Source of the DNA: Candidatus Micrarchaeota archaeon
GTDB lineage: Archaea; Micrarchaeota; Micrarchaeia; Anstonellales; Anstonellaceae
Direction: 5' to 3'
NCBI GenBank assembly: GCA_043810635.1
Contig: JBDRNY010000058.1
Location: 1-24,554, forward strand
Length of the DNA stretch: 24,554 nt
The notes beneath the pieces were generated by a model that did not search any database, had not been told where the DNA came from, and worked only from the letters and a program-made list of their open reading frames with translations. The position numbers were made by a program, and so were the translations under genes. This document shows, in pieces, positions 17,964 through 24,554 of the stretch (within the stretch, counting starts at the first letter, position 1; each line of letters starts with the position of its first letter).

Positions 17964-20138
17964 ATGAACGGCCAAAAGATGAAGCATCCTGTGAGAGCAG
18001 GCGCTTCGGCATATAAAATATATGCTCCGGGCCTTAGGGAATCCGAAAAAAGAATACTAAACAATGAGTTTTATTATAAAAATGATATTGCTTATTTGGA
18101 GCAGGTTTTGAAAAATCACAATGACTTGCTTCTATGGGAGCCGATTGAAAAAATTCACGGAAATTCAGGCAAATTCTTTATTTCGTTTGCCCCAAAGCAG
18201 GAGGAGAAAAAAACATATGTTGCTGCTGCATCTATTTACAGGGAGTATATTCCGAATGTGTACAGTGCGCGGGCAATTGCAAATAATGTGGCTTCCGGAA
18301 TAAAGGCAATAGAGGGAACTCCGTATTATGTTGTGGTGTCGATTACAAAGGAAAGGGTGGATAAGCCGGAATATGTTGAAGTGAATAAGAAGCTTTTGCA
18401 GAAATTTCCGCAAGATGTTAAAAATGCGCTTCTAAGGTACGGAATAAATGCGCAAGTGGTGGGCCAGCTGGTGCCAATGACATTTTCCAGGCTTGGGGAA
18501 ATTGTTGGCAATGACAAATGGCTGGAAAAAAATTGGAGAAAAGTGAGATTGCAGATTTTCAGGGATGCTACTGATGCAAATAACAATAGGCTTTTTAAAG
18601 AATTTGGGGATGCCAACCCAAATGCAATAATTCCTTCTTCCAAGCTTTACAAAATAATACATTCAAAATTTTTTTGGGAGTTTAAGAATGCACTTTTGGA
18701 AGCAGGGGGCGGGGAAATATATTTTCCAAACCATTTGAATTCCGAGGCTATTGGCAAATGCTATTCAAAAATGAGGGAGGCATGCATAAGCTACCGCTAT
18801 GAATTGCATGTTGATAAAAAAACCGGGAAGGTGCGCATGGATGTGGAAGGGGCGGAGAATTTGGATGCGGCATTCTTAAGGCGGGTTTATTTGCAATTGG
18901 ACGGCACAAAAGTAAGGGCGAATGGGGAGGAGGAGTATATTTTCAGGTATGATAAAAAAAAGAATGACATGCGGCTGGTGGGGCAGGAGAAAAAGGAAAT
19001 AAATGTGTTTAAGGATTTGGGGGAGGGAGAATCATTTACTTTTGAAACCCAGAATATGGCCGGAGGGTGGGAGGCAAGGCTTAAGGTTGTAAGGGCATAT
19101 GACCAAAAAAATGCGGAAAAAACTTCTGGTGAAAAGGAAAAACTTATGAAAGCTATTGCCCAGAGCGGGAAACAACTGCAGGTTGTTGTTGCTACCGACG
19201 AATCGAGAAGCCTGAAGAATTGGGCTAAAGATGTTGATGATGCTGCAGAATATATAGATGAGCAGATTAAGGGGGCAAAGAAAAGCGGATTTTCAGTAAA
19301 AATAATTGAAATTGAAGGGGAGGAGGGAAAAAAAGATTGGGAGTTGTATTTTGAAACTTTGGAGCACCAGCTTGAAAAATGGGAGAAAGAGGAAAGGGGG
19401 GAGAATACGCGGAGAAAAAAGGCGGGTTTGGGGCCGCGAAATAGGGAAGATATGCCTGTGCGGCATTTTATTTATAATGGGGACGGATTTTTTGACTATA
19501 ATTACACCCTCCTTAGTGAAATAGTAGGCATGAAGCAAAAAGCTGGAGAGCTTACAGAGAAGGCGAAAAATCTTAATGCCAGAGTGGATTTTATAGAAAT
19601 AGGGGGGAGTGTGGAGGACGAAAATGAGGTGGATAAGAAGTGTTTTGAAGTTGGTTTGGGCAAAATCAAAAGCTTTCTTAGGTCCCTGACCCCTTATGCG
19701 CAACTGGCGGAAGATGCAAGATGGAATGCAGATATTCTGCGCCAAAAAATAGAAACAGGGAAACCAATGCTTGAGGAGAGGGACAGGAGTGAGAGCCAAA
19801 AGCAGATAATTCGAAGCGATATAAGGCAGGCTGAATGGGAATTGAAAAAATTCGAGCAACAAGCTGCGCAACATGACATGGATCATGAAAAAGAGTTGTG
19901 GGCGAAAATTTCTGGGAAGATGGAAATTCTTGAATTATACACAAAGAAGGGGATATGGGGCTTCCCGGTTTATCTTTTAAGGGAAATAGTAAGGGAAACA
20001 GGAGGCAAATGCGGAGACTTTCGCGCAAGACCCTCCAACTTTTTTGCAGAGAGCGAAAACAAGGAGGGGCTGATTATAGATATATTAAAAATGCTAAAAG
20101 GCGAGCAAGCGCCTTCTTCAAGCCGGGTGGGGCTGTGA
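17964..20138 (+). CDS. Soluble 724-aa protein with a C-terminal von Willebrand factor A (vWA) domain carrying coiled-coil insertions
   Basis: MIDAS-like VVVATDESRS (DxSxS, 19197-19211), then RHFIYNGDG, ARVDFIEIGG and LLREIVRETGGK, all in vWA order. No signal peptide; the N-terminal half is unrecognised. Confidence 0.75.
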   Translation: MNGQKMKHPVRAGASAYKIYAPGLRESEKRILNNEFYYKNDIAYLEQVLKNHNDLLLWEPIEKIHGNSGKFFISFAPKQEEKKTYVAAASIYREYIPNVYSARAIANNVASGIKAIEGTPYYVVVSITKERVDKPEYVEVNKKLLQKFPQDVKNALLRYGINAQVVGQLVPMTFSRLGEIVGNDKWLEKNWRKVRLQIFRDATDANNNRLFKEFGDANPNAIIPSSKLYKIIHSKFFWEFKNALLEAGGGEIYFPNHLNSEAIGKCYSKMREACISYRYELHVDKKTGKVRMDVEGAENLDAAFLRRVYLQLDGTKVRANGEEEYIFRYDKKKNDMRLVGQEKKEINVFKDLGEGESFTFETQNMAGGWEARLKVVRAYDQKNAEKTSGEKEKLMKAIAQSGKQLQVVVATDESRSLKNWAKDVDDAAEYIDEQIKGAKKSGFSVKIIEIEGEEGKKDWELYFETLEHQLEKWEKEERGENTRRKKAGLGPRNREDMPVRHFIYNGDGFFDYNYTLLSEIVGMKQKAGELTEKAKNLNARVDFIEIGGSVEDENEVDKKCFEVGLGKIKSFLRSLTPYAQLAEDARWNADILRQKIETGKPMLEERDRSESQKQIIRSDIRQAEWELKKFEQQAAQHDMDHEKELWAKISGKMEILELYTKKGIWGFPVYLLREIVRETGGKCGDFRARPSNFFAESENKEGLIIDILKMLKGEQAPSSSRVGL

Positions 20139-20350
20139 AGTTTTTTGAAAAAGCGTATTTTTCGACGTAATGCAGGCGTAAAAAAGGCCCCTGGAAATGC
20201 TTAAAAACTGGTTGGTGCAAAAAGAGAAAAGGAAGATTGCAGAAATAAAGTGCTTGGGAAAAGGAGTGGGAAAAACCGCCTATGGGGGCGGAACTAACTG
20301 TGCTCATCAAATTCGCGGGGATATGCTGAGGGAAATTGAGGGGTGTTGAT

Positions 20351-20431
20351 ATGGGTATGGTGAAAACGATAGGCGATGATGAATACAGCGATGCAGAATA
20401 TGAATACAAAGAAGAAGAGGAAGATGAGTGA
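20351..20431 (+). CDS. Putative acidic microprotein (26 aa)
   Basis: SD GAGGGGTG 5 nt before the ATG; MGMVKTIGDDEYSDAEYEYKEEEEDE*. Confidence 0.45.
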   Translation: MGMVKTIGDDEYSDAEYEYKEEEEDE

Positions 20432-20464
20432 TGTTAACAGAATGATGATAAAAGAGGTGTAAAT

Positions 20465-20551
20465 ATGGCAAAAATATACAGAATGGGTGACGACGAGGAA
20501 GATGAAGAAGATGAGAAAAAGGAAGATAAGGAAACAACAGATGAGGAGTAG
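20465..20551 (+). CDS. Putative acidic microprotein (28 aa)
   Basis: SD GAGGTG 5 nt before the ATG; MAKIYRMGDDEEDEEDEKKEDKETTDEE*. Confidence 0.45.
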   Translation: MAKIYRMGDDEEDEEDEKKEDKETTDEE

Positions 20552-20613
20552 GAAATTTCATGCTCATTTGCCCGAATAGGCAAGTGTTGAACAAACAAGG
20601 AGGGCAAACGCCC

Positions 20614-20652
20614 ATGGCAGGAAAAAAGAAGAAAAAAAAGGAAGATGAATAA
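20614..20652 (+). CDS. Putative basic micro-peptide (12 aa)
   Basis: SD GGAGGG 9 nt before the ATG; MAGKKKKKKEDE*. An in-frame upstream ATG exists at 20560. Confidence 0.3.
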   Translation: MAGKKKKKKEDE

Positions 20653-20699
20653 ACCAGCATAAATTATGAAAAAATGCATAAAAATTATTCAAAACCGCA

Positions 20700-21050
20700 G
20701 GGGGCTGAAAAGCTTTCTGCGGAAATTTTTTCACTTATTTTTCCGCTTTTTTGCCTTTCTTTTTTCCTTTCTTAATTTTTTATTTTCTTTTGCCGCTTTT
20801 TTTGTTCTTTTTTAATTGATTTTTTTCGCTTATTATCTTCGCTTTTTCTTTTTGCGGCTATTTTTTTGTTCTTTTTATATTATTTTTTTCTTTTTCTTGT
20901 TTTTTTGTGAATGCGCTTTTTCTTTTTGACGGATTTGTGCTTTTTTTTTCTTTTTTTAATTGATTTTTTTATTTTTCTTGCATGTTTTCTTTTTCTTGTT
21001 TTTTTGCGGGAGGGTTTTTGTTTTCTCTTTTTGATTTTTGCAAAAAATGA
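20700..21050. repeat. Low-complexity T-rich (+) / A-rich (-) tract encoding the poly-Lys tail and continuing past the stop
   Basis: Runs of T throughout. TTTTTTAATTGATTTTTT occurs both inside the tail (~20951-20968) and downstream of the stop (~20808-20825). It lies where convergent transcripts meet and could act as an archaeal U-tract terminator for + strand transcripts. Confidence 0.6.
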
Positions 21051-22986
21051 AGGAGACGTTAATTTTGAAATAGGATATTGCTTTTTCACAACTAATGCAA
21101 CTTTTTGTGAGCTGGCGGTGAGGGGGTGGGAAGAAGGCGGGTGGTGCAATGGCTTGGAAGAAGATTTTGAAATCCTTTCAGCAGCCAAATCATATGCCTT
21201 AATATAATTTGAAATAAGCAGTTTCCAGTCAAAGAGGTACATAAGCTTGCGGGAATCTTCCCTTAATTTGTGTATTTTTTCCGGCTCTGAATAATAGACT
21301 AATTCAAGGAATTGCGCAAGCTCGGAGGAGGCATGGGAAGTCCCTCCGCCCAATTTCAATATTTTTACCCCCCCTTCCTTCCAAATTCTCTTTTGAAAGC
21401 AAATATCTTCCAAAGCCGGCAGCATCTGTTGAAACCGCAATATTTAATTTCAATCCTGCTTCCAGGGGGGTGTAGCCAAAAGGCTCGTAGCGGGAGGCAA
21501 ATACCCCCATATCCATTCCTGAAATTACGTCATAATAGCCCATATTAAGAAGCCCGTCGCTGGGGCGGAGGTAGGAGGGGTAGAAAAGCACTTTGACTGC
21601 ATCCTGCTTTGAATTTTTAAGGCCTGCGGAAATGCAGGAATTGATTACCTCATCATTTGCATAATTCAAATCAAAGAGGGAAATGGGGGGGGTGCTTCTG
21701 TCTTTTATAAAGCTGGAATACATTGCATTCAAATCCCGTTTCAGGCTTCCCTTTACATCTTCAATTCTTTCTTTTACATTTGCATAATGCTTTTTCCTGC
21801 TTGCGCCCGGGGCGGCGTCAAGCACTTCTTTCATTTTGTCAATTAAAAGATAGTTTTTTATTACAGAAATTTTCGGCCCTTTGATTGAAGAGGGGGCAAA
21901 AATAAATGCAACAACCTGCTTTTGCTTTTTCATTCCCTTCTTTTTTATTTTTTCATTTAATTTGCCCAATGCGTTGATAAATATGTCAAAGCCCTTGTTT
22001 TTGAATTCATATCTTCCTGAAGTGAATACCAGCAGGGCGTTGTCATACCTTGCAATATGATAGGGGTTGAATACAGATTCTGTAAGCTGGAGCAGCTCCC
22101 TGCGCACATATTTTGAAATGTCCCGCACCTGGGCTTCTGCAATTTCATGCTCAAAATCCATTCCGTTCAATACTATTACGTCGGGGTAGCGGCCGAGTAT
22201 ATATCTTACTTCCTGGGCAACAGTTTCAGATACTGTTGTAAATACATGGCATTTTTTTGATGCAGCCATTTCAAGCTGGTGCTTGCCTTCCACTTTCATT
22301 TTATATGCCTGGGAAAGCTCGATTGGCTGGGCAGATGATTGCGCTTTTTCCAAAACATCCACGCCGCTTGTAGAAAGGGTTCTGCCCAATACTGTTGCAT
22401 GGGTTGTGAATACTGTTGCTATGGGCAATGCATTCATGCGGGCGTATAAAAGCGCGCCTCCGGAAATCCATTCATGGAAATGGGCTATGAGGGAGTGGGA
22501 AGAATACGGCTTTATTTTGCACAATTTTTCAAGCAGCATGCCCACTGCCCAGCCCCATACAATATTCTCGGAAAAATCATAAGATTTTTCCATCAATGAA
22601 TCTATTCCAAAATTTTTCCATAATAAAAATTTGATATAATTTGATTGCAAATCATGCTTGCTTTTTCCCCCGTCATTGTATTGCACATGCCTTTCCCCGA
22701 AATTTTTTGCATCAACCAAAATTATGGGGGTGTTGGCGCCGTAAAGCCAGTGCCCGTAATGGCAAAATATTCCCAATGCGGAAAGCTGGGTGAAAATTTG
22801 CTTAACATCTGGGGGCGGCTGAGAAAATTTGACGTCATGGGCGCATCTTTCATCATAAAATCCGATAAACAAATACCTGTTTGGAAAATGCTTAGAAACA
22901 TAGCGTGCTTTGCTTCTTAATACTGTGTAAATTCCCCCTACTTTTCTCCCTGCCTCGGAAGAAACTTCTATCAAATACGGCTCCAT
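20880..22986 (-). CDS. Glycogen synthase, GT3 (eukaryote-like) family; split by a 1-nt frameshift at a G7 tract (21374-21368); ~701 aa if restored
   Basis: GT3 motifs EVSSEAGRKVGGIYTVLRSKA, HFHEW, TTHATVLGR, GRYEFKNKGFDIFI and SRYEPFGYTPLE lie in ORF 21304..22986. The conserved C-terminus (GVKIL...FDWKLLISNYIKAYDLA) lies in the other frame (track ORF 20880..21440). Deleting one G joins ENLEGR to GVKILK. Confidence 0.88.
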
Positions 22987-23013
22987 GAAAAGAGCAGGCA
23001 GGGGGCATTTAAA

Positions 23014-23730
23014 TTACTTTCTTTTTTCCATGTAAGGAAAGGCAATTGGCTGGTGGTTGTAGTATTTGAGGAGGGAATTGAATTTGTTTAATGCAAATTG
23101 CACCGCTTTAAATGAAATTGAAATTCCTAATGCAAAAAATGAGCGCTCAATTGCCACTACAGGTATTAATGCAAGCCATATTGCTGGATTGTGGAGTGAT
23201 GGGAGAAGGTAGAGGAAAAGCACTGAGCCGATTGCGTGCTGGGAAAATGTTGCGCCTAAAGAGCGGAGAAAGAGGTGGTTTGGAAGGAAATGGGATGCAA
23301 TTGGTATGAGCCAGTAGAGGGAGTAGAGCATTGCTACAGTGCCGAATATTGCGGGGTGGAGCATGAATAATGCAATTGCAATTGCCGGGAGGAGGAATTG
23401 GGATATTTTTGAAAGATAGGATTTGTTTTGCTTGTATGCATAGAAAAATAATCCTGCTGCAAGAGGGGGGAGAAGGCGGGCAAATGTCAGGATGTCAAGG
23501 GCTTTGCCTAATGTTATTATTGCTGTAAATGTTGATATTAAAATTGCTGCCAAGCCAGCCCACAAGCCGAGAAATGCCACGGGTATGGGAGCTAATAGGT
23601 CAAATAAAGTGAAATTGCTGCTTTCTGCGCCGATAATTTCAGCAAGAGGGGTGGAATATGCCAAAACCCCTATAACTGCAAAAATTATTACAAATGAAAG
23701 CCCCTGGTGAGAGAATTTTCCTATTTTCAT
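23014..23730 (-). CDS. Integral membrane protein (~238 aa, ~7 TM), possibly ECF S-component-like
   Basis: ATG 23730 is preceded by a perfect SD GGAGGT, so it is preferred over the track TTG at 23781. Hydrophobic throughout; motifs FTLFDLLAP, LHP...YSLYWLIP, LRSLGATFSQHAIG, LIPVVAIER. The S-component assignment is inference. Confidence 0.7.
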   Translation of the reverse strand: MKIGKFSHQGLSFVIIFAVIGVLAYSTPLAEIIGAESSNFTLFDLLAPIPVAFLGLWAGLAAILISTFTAIITLGKALDILTFARLLPPLAAGLFFYAYKQNKSYLSKISQFLLPAIAIALFMLHPAIFGTVAMLYSLYWLIPIASHFLPNHLFLRSLGATFSQHAIGSVLFLYLLPSLHNPAIWLALIPVVAIERSFFALGISISFKAVQFALNKFNSLLKYYNHQPIAFPYMEKRK

Positions 23731-24014
23731 CTTTTTACCTCCTTTTTTCCCTCGGAGCATATGCTCGGGGGAAAATTGCAAACAATAATAATTGAATGAT
23801 GCAAGTTTAAAATATGTTGGTTTTTCAGGGGCGGGAATATTATAATTTGAATCGAAATATGGGGGCGGGTTTTGGAAATTAAGCTGGGCGGGGGCGGGCT
23901 TGAGAGATAAGGCGGGGGGTTATTGGGTGATGGGGATTAGGTTTTGAGGGGTGGGGGGCGAGGTTTGGTTTAAAATTTATCGGTTTGTAGAATATAGCAT
24001 AGAGGGAAAAGAAA

Positions 24015-24554
24015 ATGGGAAAAAAATCCATATTAAGCTATACATTTGAAATATATTTGAAAAATTTTGGGCTTATTCTTTTGGCAGCAGTGCCTGGATT
24101 GTTTGGATTGATTATACCTTTAGTGGTGGGAATGCCCACTTATATTGCCCTTGGAGGGGCGTATTTGAGAACCGGCACTATACCTGATTTGGGCATAGGC
24201 GCGGCAGTATTTATGATAATTGCATTATTAATTTCGCTTTATTTGATGAGCTTTGCAATTGTTGGAATTAATTTGGTTGTAAAAAGGCAGAGGACGCTGA
24301 AAAGATTGAGCACAGAGGAAATTGCGTCTGTTGCAAAATATACAAATTCTGTATTTTTGATATTTTTGATTGGCACAGTATTGCTTTTGCTTGTGCAATT
24401 GCTTACATTTGAATACCAAATTCAGAAATTTCTTGCGCCTGTATTGAATTTGATTGTTGGATTTGGATTGTTGTTTTTGCCTGCGGCAATGGTTATGGAT
24501 GATGCAAGGGCATTTAGGGCATTGCAAAAAAGCTTTGATGTTGTTATAAAAAAA
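24015..24554 (+). CDS. Polytopic membrane protein, 3'-truncated by the window end (>=180 aa)
   Basis: Translated by hand, open from ATG 24015 to the end: MGKKSILSYTFEIYLKNFGLILLAAVPGLFGLIIPLVVGMPTYIALGGAYLRTG...LFLPAAMVMDDARAFRALQKSFDVVIKK. SD-like GAGGG and TTTAAAAT (23969-23976) lie upstream. Absent from the ORF track. Confidence 0.8.
   Translation, partial: MGKKSILSYTFEIYLKNFGLILLAAVPGLFGLIIPLVVGMPTYIALGGAYLRTGTIPDLGIGAAVFMIIALLISLYLMSFAIVGINLVVKRQRTLKRLSTEEIASVAKYTNSVFLIFLIGTVLLLLVQLLTFEYQIQKFLAPVLNLIVGFGLLFLPAAMVMDDARAFRALQKSFDVVIKK

Noticed and set aside
19293..19886. 197-aa minus-strand ORF
   Set aside because: Antisense shadow of the vWA gene's Glu/Lys-rich region.
2958..20138. Search for a VirB4/CedB/HerA or VirB11 ATPase, relaxase or integrase
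   Set aside because: No Walker A (GxxxxGK[ST]) or recombinase motifs were found in any long ORF, so the locus cannot be called a complete T4SS or a mobile element from this window.
20139..20350. Possible tRNA or ncRNA in the gap after the vWA gene
   Set aside because: Only a short GC hairpin; no cloverleaf, T-loop (GTTCRA) or other recognisable RNA family signature.
20880..21440. 186-aa ORF as an independent histone-like gene
   Set aside because: Its middle is the conserved glycogen synthase C-terminus; it is the frameshifted continuation of 21304..22986.
24228..24527. 99-aa minus-strand ORF
   Set aside because: Antisense to the plus-strand membrane protein that starts at 24015.

Overview
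Archaeal-looking window: TATA boxes close to start codons, an archaeal RHH/RelE toxin-antitoxin pair and a GT3 glycogen synthase. Gene content suggests a DPANN/Micrarchaeota-like lineage (inference). About 20 kb form one divergently transcribed cell-envelope locus. The left arm (- strand) carries antitoxin-RelE, a 1830-aa single-pass membrane protein with two C-terminal CPxH-x9-CPFC zinc ribbons, and a >=953-aa Cys-rich lipoprotein missed by the ORF track that fuses a glycoside-hydrolase-like TIM barrel to an SLT/lysozyme-like lytic transglycosylase domain. The right arm (+ strand) carries six tandem, highly diverged paralogous polytopic membrane proteins resembling CedA/VirB6-type DNA-transfer channel proteins, a coupled single-HKD Nuc-like PLD nuclease and a vWA protein. 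Together they look like an uncharacterised T4SS/Ced-like cell-contact or DNA-uptake apparatus whose ATPase is not in the window. The remainder holds three SD-led micro-ORFs, a glycogen synthase with a 1-nt frameshift in a G7 tract and a Lys/Arg-rich tail, and two membrane proteins. No RNA genes, CRISPR arrays or transposases were seen.
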